Source: Planctomycetota bacterium | GTDB lineage: Bacteria; Planctomycetota; UBA1135; UBA2386 | Assembly: GCA_965223545.1 (NCBI GenBank) | Contig: OZ245006.1 | Coordinates: 7,933,713 to 7,997,712, forward strand | Direction of reading: 5' to 3' | DNA: 64,000 nucleotides | Part shown: one piece after another, positions 27,510-36,342 of the stretch | How the letters are laid out: each line of letters begins with the position of its first letter | Position numbering within the stretch: the stretch's first letter is position 1 | Notes under the pieces: model-generated | What the model was told of the DNA's origin: nothing | What the model saw: only the letters and a program-made list of their open reading frames with translations | Databases searched by the model: none | Program-made: the position numbers and the translations under genes

Positions 27510-29948
27510 CTAACGCGAGCCGTCGCCCGAGGGCGCGCGTTGCAGGCCGGCTTCGGCCGCTGCCGGCCGCGCCGCGGCGTTCTTCACGTGCTCGTCGAGC
27601 CATGCGACGGTTTCGGCGACGCAGTGCAGCACCGACTCGCGCGCCCGGTAGCCGTGGCTCTCGTGCGGCAGCATCACCAGCCGCGCGGTGCCGCCGTGGC
27701 CCTTGATGGCGTGGTAGAAGCGCCGGGACTGGATCGGGAAGGTGCCGGAGTTGTTGTCGATCTCACCGTGGATCAAGAGCAGCGGCTCGTCGACCTTGTT
27801 CGCGTGCATGAACGGCGACATGCCGAAGTAGATCTCCGGCGCCTGCCAGAAGGTGCGCTCCTCGTTCTGGAAGCCGAAGGGCGTCAGGGTGCGGTTGTAG
27901 GCGCCACTGCGCGCGACTCCAGCGCGAAACAGGTCACTGTGCGCGAGCAGGTTGGCCGTCATGAATGCGCCATAGCTGTGGCCGGCGATGGCGCAGCGAT
28001 CGCGGTCGGCGACGCCAAGCTCGACCACCGCGTCGATCGCCGCCTGTGCGTTGGCGACCAGCTGGGGCACGAACGTGTCGTTGGCGGTCTCGGTCGGTCC
28101 GATGATGGGCATCGAGGCGCTGTCCAACACCGCGTAGCCGGCCAGGGTGAGGAGCAGGGGCGAGGTGCCGGCCAGCCGGGTGTAACGATGCGGCGAGCCC
28201 CGTACCTGGCCGGCGTCGGCGGCGCGGGTGAACTCGCGGGGATAGGCCCACACCAAGAGCGGCAGCCGCTGGGTCTTGTCGTAGCCCGGCGGCGTGTAGA
28301 GGGTGCCCGACAACGGCACGCCGTCGCCGCGCTCGTAGTGCAGCAGCTGTTTCTCGATGCCGGCCGTCATGGTCGCCATCGGGTCCTCGAAGTGGGTCAG
28401 CTGGCGGCGCTCACCAGTGCCGGTCTCGACGACGAAGTAGTTGGCGGGTTCGGTGGTCGATTCCGCCCGCAGCAGAATGCGCGTCGCCTCGGCGTCGAGC
28501 ACCGCGACGACCTGCTCGTAGCGGCCTTCGGCACACTCGAACAGCCGCTGCGCTACAGTGTCTCCCAGCGGGCCGCGGTCGAGGAAGGGCCGGTCGCCGG
28601 TGGGGGAAGCACCGCTTCCCGCCAGCAGCAGATCGCCGTCGATCGTGTGCAGCACCGAGCGCCCCCGCGGGTCGAGCCGGCGCAGCGGCCGGCCGGGATC
28701 GCCATAGCTGTCTTGCGTCGAGCGGTCGAGCAGTAGCTCCGGCGTGGCGTCGGTCATGCGCGGATGCACTCGCCAGGAGCGGGCGCGCCGCGCGTCTCGG
28801 TCATACTCGCTGAGCAGCGCCCAGTCGCCATCGGCGGCGAAGTCGAGGCCGCGGAACCGGTGCTCGATGCGCAACCAGGCGGTCGGTGCGGCCTCCCCCG
28901 CGGTCCAGGTCATCAGCTCGTCGCGATGGGGGACCTCGCGTTTGGGATCACCGCCGTCGCGGGCCTCGACCCAGTGCAGCGTGCGCGGTTCGCTCGGGAT
29001 CCACGCGACGCGCCGCGGCCCCTCGATGACGCCGCCGATCGGCACGCGATCGGCCAGCGGCCGCACGCAGATCTGGCGCACCTCGTCACCTTGCAAGTCG
29101 ATGACCGAGGTCGTCTGCGGGAACGAGCGGCTGGTCACCAGGTAGGAGAACGGTCTCTGCAACGCGGTCACCAGCAGCAACTCGCCGTCGGGCGAGGGTG
29201 CTACCGAGGTGTACAGCGCTGGCGCGCCGATCGCACGCACGGCGTTGGTCTCGGTGTCGACCGACACCAGCTGGCTCTCGGCGAAGTGCTCGAACAGATC
29301 GGCGTCGTGCGGGGTCTGCAGGAGGTCTTGGTAGGTGCGCACCGGAGCGGCGCCACCGCGGGTCTCCTGCACATTCGGACCGGACGGGGCGTTTGGCGGC
29401 GCCGGCGGTGGAGTCGTGCGGGCGACGGTCAGACACAAGAGGTGGCGCTGGTCGGGCATCCACTGCAGCGTGGTTCCGATCGTGCCGTTGAGACGGATCC
29501 CGTCGATCTTGGCCGCCGCGCCGCCGGCGACTTCGGCGACCCAGAGCTCGATCGCGTCGGAGGTGGTGTTGGTGAAGGCGATCCGGCTGCCGTCGGCGGA
29601 GAAGCGCACGCTGCCGAGGTCGGCGTCGTCGGGACCGCGTACTGCCCAACGGCGGCCATCGTCGATGCGCATCAGCTCGAGCTGCCGCGTGCGCGCACCG
29701 CGCTGGCGGCCGCGCGACTGCGGGTCGATGCGGTGCCCTGCCAGGCGCAGCAACGGGCGAGCCATGATGTCGATCGTCGGCATCGCCTCGCGCGTCGATA
29801 GCAGCAGCGTGGTGCGGTCCGGACTGACGCTGACCGACGGCGGTGGGTTTTGGTCGATGCAGTCGACGAGCGGCTGCGGGGGAAGCTGATACCCCTGCGC
29901 GGCGAGACTCGCCGCACAGGCCACAGCACAGAGCACGGCTGGGCGCAT
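27510..29948 (-). CDS. Prolyl oligopeptidase family (S9) serine peptidase with an N-terminal beta-propeller
   Basis: 812 aa. Signal MRPAVLCAVACAASLAAQG. Catalytic Ser motif GHSYGAFMT. C-terminal LMLPHESHGY (His) after a GEIDNN region. Long propeller-like N-terminal half. Confidence 0.9.
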   Translation of the reverse strand: MRPAVLCAVACAASLAAQGYQLPPQPLVDCIDQNPPPSVSVSPDRTTLLLSTREAMPTIDIMARPLLRLAGHRIDPQSRGRQRGARTRQLELMRIDDGRRWAVRGPDDADLGSVRFSADGSRIAFTNTTSDAIELWVAEVAGGAAAKIDGIRLNGTIGTTLQWMPDQRHLLCLTVARTTPPPAPPNAPSGPNVQETRGGAAPVRTYQDLLQTPHDADLFEHFAESQLVSVDTETNAVRAIGAPALYTSVAPSPDGELLLVTALQRPFSYLVTSRSFPQTTSVIDLQGDEVRQICVRPLADRVPIGGVIEGPRRVAWIPSEPRTLHWVEARDGGDPKREVPHRDELMTWTAGEAAPTAWLRIEHRFRGLDFAADGDWALLSEYDRDARRARSWRVHPRMTDATPELLLDRSTQDSYGDPGRPLRRLDPRGRSVLHTIDGDLLLAGSGASPTGDRPFLDRGPLGDTVAQRLFECAEGRYEQVVAVLDAEATRILLRAESTTEPANYFVVETGTGERRQLTHFEDPMATMTAGIEKQLLHYERGDGVPLSGTLYTPPGYDKTQRLPLLVWAYPREFTRAADAGQVRGSPHRYTRLAGTSPLLLTLAGYAVLDSASMPIIGPTETANDTFVPQLVANAQAAIDAVVELGVADRDRCAIAGHSYGAFMTANLLAHSDLFRAGVARSGAYNRTLTPFGFQNEERTFWQAPEIYFGMSPFMHANKVDEPLLLIHGEIDNNSGTFPIQSRRFYHAIKGHGGTARLVMLPHESHGYRARESVLHCVAETVAWLDEHVKNAAARPAAAEAGLQRAPSGDGSR

Positions 29949-29997
29949 GGCGCCGAGCTTAGCCGGATCGGGTTGCGGCCGCTCGGCCTGCTTGCGT

Positions 29998-32283
29998 TCA
30001 GCGCGTGGGAGGTGGCACGTCCTGGCTGCCGGAGATCATCTCGACCTCGCTGGATCCCGGCCGCGGCCCGAGGCGGTAGGTGCCCACCGGCAACGCCAGA
30101 CCAACGTCGGGCACGCACAGACCTGCCCGGCTGAGAACGAGGGGGTGCATCCGGGTCAGCGGGACCGAGGAGTCGGGCGCGGTGCCGAGCAGCCGCGGCA
30201 GCGCCGGGCGCGGCAGGTCGATCGCCGACACCGGGCTTTGGCCGCCGGCGAAGACCTGCACCGGCGGCAGTGTGCGCCAGGGCGTCCCGGCGCCGCCGAT
30301 CTCGACGCCGTAGGTGGCCTGCGGCAACCCCTCGAGCACCGTGCGACCGTCTTCGCCGGTGTGTGCTACGCGTGTTGCCTCGTCCAGCGCGGAGTTCCAC
30401 ACCCGCACCTCGCAGCCGGCGAACGGCACACCGTGGTCGTCGCGGGCCTCGACCTCGAGCGCCCCCGCCGCGGTCGCCGCGGCGTCGACCGCGAACGTCG
30501 GCTCGGTGCCGGGCATGACCGCGGCGCGTTGCCAAACCATGTGCGCGACCTTTGGCGGTCGCGCGCGCAGGCGGTAGGGGCGCAGATCGACGTTGGGGAT
30601 CGCGAACCAGCCATCGGCGTCGGTGCGCGCGACGTCGACGGTGGTCGCGCTGCCGTCGTCGGGTTCGATCTCGACGAACCACTCGGCCAACGGCGCGCCG
30701 TCAGGGCTCAGCAGGCTGGCGCGCAGCTCGGTGCCGCGCGCCAGCGTCGGGTTCCACGGGACCCGGGCGGAGGCGTCCACGGCGAGGTGGGTCGTCGCTC
30801 GGCCGAAATCGCCACCGCCGGCCCGGAGGAAGTACTCACCGGGCGGGAGCGCCAGCTCGAACGTGCCGTCGTCGCCAGTGCGCACGACGTGTCGTTGGGT
30901 CCAGTCTTCGCTTTGGCTGGCGACGACCAGCGCGGCCTGCGCCGGCGTCCCGTCGGCGGCGGTGGCCGTGCCGAAGATCACGGCGCTGCGGTTTTCGGCT
31001 TTGGCATCGTCGAAGAGCACGAAGTTGGACGCTGTGGAGACGGTGATGCCCTGCCACATCTGGACGGCCTCGGCGCCGCTGGTGACCGGCGTGCGCGGTG
31101 TCTCGAACCAGTGGGTCCCGTCGTTGGCCTGAAATAGTTCCGGGATCGGGGTCGACGCGCCGCCGATCTCCACGCGAGACCAGCTCACCAGTCGGCCCAT
31201 GACCGCGACTCTGGACCCCGCGGCCGGTGAGGCGATGGAGACCACCACCCGGTGAGATTGGCCGGCGTGCAGGCGGGTGCGGCGCAGGCGCGTCCCCTTG
31301 CTGTAGTCCGCGGGACTTCCCCACAGCAGCTCCATCGTGGGCTTGCGGCCACGCCAGCGCAGCAGTGCCCGGCCGTGTGCATCGGTGCGCACGTGGTTGA
31401 GTGCATGCCCTTGTGGTGCGACCCACAGGGTGGCGCGCTGAGCCGGAAGGTCGCCATTGTCGAACGCGAGCATCTCGAGCTCGTACGAATACGGGGCCAG
31501 GGCCTCGACCGGGTCGGCGGTGGTGACCGGACTGCGCTCGGCGGTTGCCGGCGTGGCGGCGGCGGCGCCGGAGAGCGTGGTCGGGGCCGCCGGGGGCTCT
31601 CCCCCCCGGGCCACCGCTGTCGGCGGTGACGATGGCGGCGTCAACAGCAGGGCGGTGCTCAGGATTCCCGCGGCCGTGGCCACGGCGATGATCTTCTTGC
31701 TCGCCATCAACAGTGCTCCGGTGGCTATCGGTCCGCGCCAGCCGTGCCGCCAGGCTGCCGGCAGCAACAGCCCAACGCGCGCGCGCCAGCGATGTCCGGA
31801 CCCAAGGCGACGCGCCAGCGAGGCGCGGAGCGCCACCCGGGCTCGCTCGAGATCGCGGTAGACCGTGCGCACGTCGACCCCGCGCCGGCGGGCGATCGCG
31901 CGGGGCGGGCGGCCCTCGAAGTAGCGTGCGAACACCACGTCCTGCTGCGCCGGCGGCAGCGTGTCGATCGCCTGGCTCAGCGCCGCCAGCGTCTGCCGCC
32001 ATTCGGTGGCATCCGCCGCCGACGCCACCGCTTCGGGCCGCGCCGCTGCGTGCTCGCGTTGCGCTCGGCGGGTCTCCGCGCGGTGCCGGTGGCGGACGAC
32101 GTTGCGCAGCACGGTCTCCAGCCACGCCGCGGGCCGCGGTCCGGTGGGCGGCGCCTGCACGGCGCGCAGCCAGGTTTCCTGCACTGCGTCGGCGGCGGCG
32201 TGATCGTCGGCGAGCAGCCGCCGTGCGAGCTGGCGCAGCGCTGAGGCGTGCTCGGTCAGCAGGATCGGGATCGCGTCGGTCAT
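29998..32283 (-). CDS. ECF-type sigma-70 factor continuous with a transmembrane segment and a large extracytoplasmic beta-sandwich region
   Basis: 761-aa uninterrupted ORF. Residues 1-160 hold sigma2/sigma4 (AADAVQETWLRA, DVVFARYFEGRPPRAIARRRGVDVRTVYRDLERARVAL). TM at about 196-214 (IIAVATAAGILSTALLL). About 540 aa follow, with CarboxypepD_reg-like motifs (DGTFELALPPGEYFLRA, DADGWFAIPNVDLRPYRLRA, GEDGRTVLEGLPQATYGVEI). Confidence 0.75.
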   Translation of the reverse strand: MTDAIPILLTEHASALRQLARRLLADDHAAADAVQETWLRAVQAPPTGPRPAAWLETVLRNVVRHRHRAETRRAQREHAAARPEAVASAADATEWRQTLAALSQAIDTLPPAQQDVVFARYFEGRPPRAIARRRGVDVRTVYRDLERARVALRASLARRLGSGHRWRARVGLLLPAAWRHGWRGPIATGALLMASKKIIAVATAAGILSTALLLTPPSSPPTAVARGGEPPAAPTTLSGAAAATPATAERSPVTTADPVEALAPYSYELEMLAFDNGDLPAQRATLWVAPQGHALNHVRTDAHGRALLRWRGRKPTMELLWGSPADYSKGTRLRRTRLHAGQSHRVVVSIASPAAGSRVAVMGRLVSWSRVEIGGASTPIPELFQANDGTHWFETPRTPVTSGAEAVQMWQGITVSTASNFVLFDDAKAENRSAVIFGTATAADGTPAQAALVVASQSEDWTQRHVVRTGDDGTFELALPPGEYFLRAGGGDFGRATTHLAVDASARVPWNPTLARGTELRASLLSPDGAPLAEWFVEIEPDDGSATTVDVARTDADGWFAIPNVDLRPYRLRARPPKVAHMVWQRAAVMPGTEPTFAVDAAATAAGALEVEARDDHGVPFAGCEVRVWNSALDEATRVAHTGEDGRTVLEGLPQATYGVEIGGAGTPWRTLPPVQVFAGGQSPVSAIDLPRPALPRLLGTAPDSSVPLTRMHPLVLSRAGLCVPDVGLALPVGTYRLGPRPGSSEVEMISGSQDVPPPTR

Positions 32284-32348
32284 CGGCTACGGTGGCTGTC
32301 CTTCCACATTCCGGCGCCGCCGGTTCTCCCCGAAAAAAGCACCGAGGT

Positions 32349-33899
32349 TCAGGGGCGGATCGAGACGGCGACTGCGTTGGAGGCGAAGTCGATCGGCGCG
32401 AGGAGGGCGTAGGCGAAGTGGAGCTCGGTGCCGGCGAGCGGCGCGAGCAGCGGCCCAGCGGGGGGCGTGAACGCCGCGTCGGCGCGGCCCTCGGCGTCGA
32501 GCAAGCCGGCGGTGTTGACGAGCACCGGGCTGTTGGCGAGCAAAAGCGAGGCGCTCACCAGGGGGTCGGCGTTGAGCGGAAGCCGGATCGCGCCGAGCGC
32601 CGTGCCGGGAGTCGTACCGCTGGCACCTGCCGCCAGCGCGTAGGGGCGCCCGGTGCGCGCCGCGCCGGCGTGCAGGGTGAGGGCGACGGTGCCGCCCGTG
32701 CGCGCCGACAGCGTGGATGAACCCGCCCAAAGTGCGTCGCCGGTGACCGGGATGTCGAGCGGGGGCCACAGCAACACCGGCCGGCCGCCGTCGTCGGCGG
32801 TGACGCGCAGCGTCGCCTGGCCGGCGGCGCCGCCCGCGGTGATCTGGAACGAGTAGCTGCCATCGCCATGGTCGACGACGGCGCCGATGCCGACCGGCGC
32901 CGTGCTGAGCGGGTCGGGCGCGACGCGGAGCGTGGCGCCGCCCCGGGGCAAGCGGGTGCCGCGCCAGTCGCGCAAGACGACCGTCACTCGGCTGCTCGAA
33001 CGACCGTCGGCGATCAGCTGCGGCGGTTCCGCCGACGTGCTCGACAGGTGATGGTCGGGCCGGCCGACTTGCAGTGCGCGCCAGCCATCGAAGTAGTAAC
33101 GCAGCTGCTGCGTCGGGTCGGGAGAGGCGTTGCGACCGACGTAGTCGATCGCCAGGTAGTAGTCGCCGTGCGCACAGCCGAGCGCGGTGCTGGTGCAGGT
33201 GCCATCCCGGTCGCCTTGGCGCGCCACGAGCATGAAGCCGACGTGCGCCGACTTGCGAAAGCTCGCCGGCGGTGCGCCACAGCTGGTCGGCCCACCGGTC
33301 GTGCACGAGCAGCGGCCATCGCCCCCCATGGAGTGCGCGGCTTCCATGGCCGCCATCAGCTTCTCGGCGAGGTCGCCAGCCGTGCTGCGCACGGCGCGCT
33401 CCGCGGCGCCGACGACCGCAGCACCGGTGAGCACGTTGCCCTGGATGGCGTAGCGGATCGTGCCGACCGTGCCGACCACACCGCCCGACCAGATGCCGGT
33501 TTGAAAACCCGAGAACGTGTTCGCCGCGCGCGCGGTGACGATGCCGTACTGGCGCCGGCTGTGGTTCGGGTCGGAAGCGCGCAGCTCGGCCAGGATGCGC
33601 GCCGGCGCCGTGCCGGCGTGCAGGCCCCGCCAAATCAGCGCGCGGTTGGCGATCGAACCCGGGACAGCGGCCTGCGCCGTCGCCGCGCCGCGGCCGACCA
33701 CGACGACCGGGGTGACGCTGCGCAGGTTGATGCCGGAGACGCAGGTCGCCGATCCGACGGCGATCTCACCGGTGGTGGTGTCGAGCAGCAGGATCGACCA
33801 AGTGGCGGGGACCGGCGGCGCCAAGCACAGCAGAGCAGCTGCGGCGAGGCGCCGGGCCCGGCGGGCGGAGCGGGATGGGGCACTTGCCATGCAGCGCAT
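32349..33899 (-). CDS. Secreted DUF1028 (Ntn-hydrolase-fold) protein with Ig-like and C-terminal domains
   Basis: 516 aa. Arg-rich signal (SRSARRARRLAAAALLCLAPPVPA) followed directly by TWSILLLDTTTGEIAVGS. DUF1028 core IQGNVLTG...LAEKLMAAMEAAHSMGGDGRC. Then a Big_1-like segment (ADGRSSSRVTVVLRD...ATLRVTADDG). Confidence 0.75.
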   Translation of the reverse strand: MRCMASAPSRSARRARRLAAAALLCLAPPVPATWSILLLDTTTGEIAVGSATCVSGINLRSVTPVVVVGRGAATAQAAVPGSIANRALIWRGLHAGTAPARILAELRASDPNHSRRQYGIVTARAANTFSGFQTGIWSGGVVGTVGTIRYAIQGNVLTGAAVVGAAERAVRSTAGDLAEKLMAAMEAAHSMGGDGRCSCTTGGPTSCGAPPASFRKSAHVGFMLVARQGDRDGTCTSTALGCAHGDYYLAIDYVGRNASPDPTQQLRYYFDGWRALQVGRPDHHLSSTSAEPPQLIADGRSSSRVTVVLRDWRGTRLPRGGATLRVAPDPLSTAPVGIGAVVDHGDGSYSFQITAGGAAGQATLRVTADDGGRPVLLWPPLDIPVTGDALWAGSSTLSARTGGTVALTLHAGAARTGRPYALAAGASGTTPGTALGAIRLPLNADPLVSASLLLANSPVLVNTAGLLDAEGRADAAFTPPAGPLLAPLAGTELHFAYALLAPIDFASNAVAVSIRP

Positions 33900-34087
33900 T
33901 CTACGGCGCCCATTCGGGAAAGATCGGCCGTCACGACGGTTGGGTCGGTGACGCGGAACTGCCGATCACATGGGAGTGCCGGCTCCGCGTTCTCGGTCGT
34001 CTGCGCGACCGTAAGGTGGTTTCGAATAACCGGCACCGCTGCCCGCACCGTGCCCCCCCGACTGGGTGACCTCGCCCGCGACCGCTG

Positions 34088-36310
34088 GTGTGCAGCGCCC
34101 CCGACAGGTCTCAACGAAAGGCTCCGACTGTGCAGTACCCGTCCTCTTGCCGCGCGATCCTCGCGGCCACCGCTTTCGCCCTGGCCTGCGCGACGCCGCG
34201 GGCGCAGGAACCGAGCGCCCGCTTCCACGAGGCCTACTACCTCGAGTGCGAGCGCGCCGACTACGAGCGCGCGCTCGAGCTCTACCGCGCGGTGGAGAGC
34301 GACCGCGCCGCGCCGAAGGCCCTGCGGCAGAAGGCCGGCGCGCGCGCCCGCGCCGTCGCCGAGGAGATCGCCAGCAGCGATTTCGCGCGGCTGATGCCGG
34401 CGGATGCGATCTTCTACCTCGAGCTCAACCGGCCGGGTCAACAGCTCGAGTCCCTGGTGAGTCAGCTCGGCCTGCTCGGCGACGGCAGCGCCGAGCGACT
34501 CGGCATCAGCCCGAAGCTGATCGAGGGGTTGTTGGGCCTGCGCGGTGCCGCCGTGGCAATCACCGAGTTCGACCCCCGCCGCGGTCCGCAGGACGGCGTG
34601 TTGATCGCCCACCCCGGCAAGCTGGACGTGGTGCGCGGCCTGCTGGAGACCGCGCTGCCGGCGGGCGCCAGTCCGGTGGCCGCGATCGGTGGTCACCCGA
34701 CGTTCGACGTCGAGGGACAGGCGCTGGTCACCCTCACCCACAAGCTGCTGGTGGCGGGCCGCAAGCGCGCGACGATCGAGCAGGTGGTGGCGCGGTTGGC
34801 CGGTGATGGCGGTCCGTGTTTGGCCGACAGCGAATCTGCCCAGGGCGCGCTGCGCATGCGCGGCGACGACTTGGCGTTCTTCTGCCTCAACGTGCAGCCG
34901 CTGCTGCCGATGATCGAGGGGCTCGCACAGCGCGCGGCGCGTCGCGATCCGGGCGTGATGGCCGCGATGATGCTGCTCGACGTGCGCAGCACGCAGACGG
35001 TCGCCGGTCACCTGGGAGTCGATGATCAGGGCTTGGCCCTCGAGCTGGCCCTCGACCTCGACGAAGGCCACCGCAACATCGCCTTCAATCTGCTGCGCAT
35101 GTCCAACCTGAGTGCGGAGTCGTTGGCCATGGTGCCGTCGGGAGCTGCGTTCTTCGCCGCCGGCGCGCTCAACCAGCGGGGCGATGTGCCGGCCGGCAAC
35201 GTCGACGGACGCGGGCGACCGGCCGTCAGCCTGATGGACCTCGGTCGCGAAGTGTTTGCGAACGTCGCGGAGTTCGCGCTCTACGTCATGCCGCGCGTGC
35301 ACGAAGCGCCATTCGGGCCGATGCCCGAGGTCGCGTTGGCCATGCACTGCAACGACGTCGAGCGCAGCATGGCGCTGTGGGATCTCGTGCTCGGCTCGGC
35401 GCAGGCCGGGGCTGGCGCCGCACAAGAGCCGCAGCAAGCCGGCAACGGCGTCCGCTACGAGATCGCCGGCGTGCCGATCTACCTCGGCACGAAGGGCCAC
35501 ACGCTGGCCGTGTCGCCCAGCGAGGCGGCGGTCGCGGCCGCGCTGCGCGGTGGTGGCAACGGAGTCGCGCAGGACGAGGCCTTCGCCGGCGCGGTACGGC
35601 ACTTCGGCAGTGACAGCACCGTGGCGGTCGCTGCCCAGGTTGGTCGCTGCATGGAGATCGCGCGCCACTTCATGCGCGGCCGCCAGAAGCAGGAGCTCGA
35701 GCAAGTCGCCGGTCTGCTGCAGAACACGAGCGTCGCCCTGCGGTTGGCGCAATCTTCCCACCGGCTCGGCGCCGCGGCGCGCGTATCGGGGATCCCGGAC
35801 GTCGCTCCGATGGTCGAGCATCTGGTCGCCCAGCACCGGCAGCGCCGGGGTGGCCGGGCCGTGGCCGCGCGCAGCGCAGTGCGGGCACCGGCGCGTGCCG
35901 TGGTCTCCGTGTCGCCGGTGGAGGCGTTCGAGCTCGCGCACGGCGAAGGCGAGATCGAGACCGCCCGCGGCAAGCTCAAGGGTCTCCTGAGCTCTGCCGG
36001 AGAAGATCCCCAGACGCTCAACGACTTGGCCTGGCGGCTGCTGACCGAAGAGCGCTACGGCGGCCAGTACGATGAGATCGCGCTGAGCCTGTCGCGGACC
36101 AGCAACGAGGCGTCGGGTTGGGAGAACTGGTTCTACGTCGACACCTACGCCCGCGCGCTGTTCGAGAACGGCGACATCGAGGGGGCCATCCGCTACGAGA
36201 AGAAGGCCATCGAGCTCGGCAAGGACCATCCCCGGATCGGTGAGGCCAAGTCGCAGCTCGAGGAGTTCCTCGCCGCGGCGAAGGGACGCAAGGTCGGCGA
36301 CGACAACTGA
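34088..36310 (+). CDS. Secreted hypothetical protein with TPR-like termini
   Basis: 740-aa ORF. The more likely start is the GTG at 34130 (GAAAGG upstream), giving signal VQYPSSCRAILAATAFALACA. No family motif recognised. The C-terminus (ALFENGDIEGAIRYEKKAIELGKDHP) is TPR-like. The antisense 864-aa ORF is Arg-rich junk. Confidence 0.6.
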   Translation: MCSAPDRSQRKAPTVQYPSSCRAILAATAFALACATPRAQEPSARFHEAYYLECERADYERALELYRAVESDRAAPKALRQKAGARARAVAEEIASSDFARLMPADAIFYLELNRPGQQLESLVSQLGLLGDGSAERLGISPKLIEGLLGLRGAAVAITEFDPRRGPQDGVLIAHPGKLDVVRGLLETALPAGASPVAAIGGHPTFDVEGQALVTLTHKLLVAGRKRATIEQVVARLAGDGGPCLADSESAQGALRMRGDDLAFFCLNVQPLLPMIEGLAQRAARRDPGVMAAMMLLDVRSTQTVAGHLGVDDQGLALELALDLDEGHRNIAFNLLRMSNLSAESLAMVPSGAAFFAAGALNQRGDVPAGNVDGRGRPAVSLMDLGREVFANVAEFALYVMPRVHEAPFGPMPEVALAMHCNDVERSMALWDLVLGSAQAGAGAAQEPQQAGNGVRYEIAGVPIYLGTKGHTLAVSPSEAAVAAALRGGGNGVAQDEAFAGAVRHFGSDSTVAVAAQVGRCMEIARHFMRGRQKQELEQVAGLLQNTSVALRLAQSSHRLGAAARVSGIPDVAPMVEHLVAQHRQRRGGRAVAARSAVRAPARAVVSVSPVEAFELAHGEGEIETARGKLKGLLSSAGEDPQTLNDLAWRLLTEERYGGQYDEIALSLSRTSNEASGWENWFYVDTYARALFENGDIEGAIRYEKKAIELGKDHPRIGEAKSQLEEFLAAAKGRKVGDDN

Positions 36311-36317
36311 GCGCCGC

Positions 36318-36342
36318 GCCGGCCCGTCACTGCAGGGCCGGC
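36318..36342. terminator. Perfect 8-bp GC hairpin at a convergent gene junction
   Basis: GCCGGCCC (36318-36325) / GGGCCGGC (36335-36342) with a 9-nt loop. It starts 8 nt after the upstream stop and covers the stop and last codons of the DASS gene. Confidence 0.35.

Noticed and set aside
33635-36229. 864-aa minus-strand ORF opposite the 740-aa secreted protein
   Set aside because: Arg-rich low-complexity translation. The plus-strand frame has a signal peptide, balanced composition and a TPR-like end.
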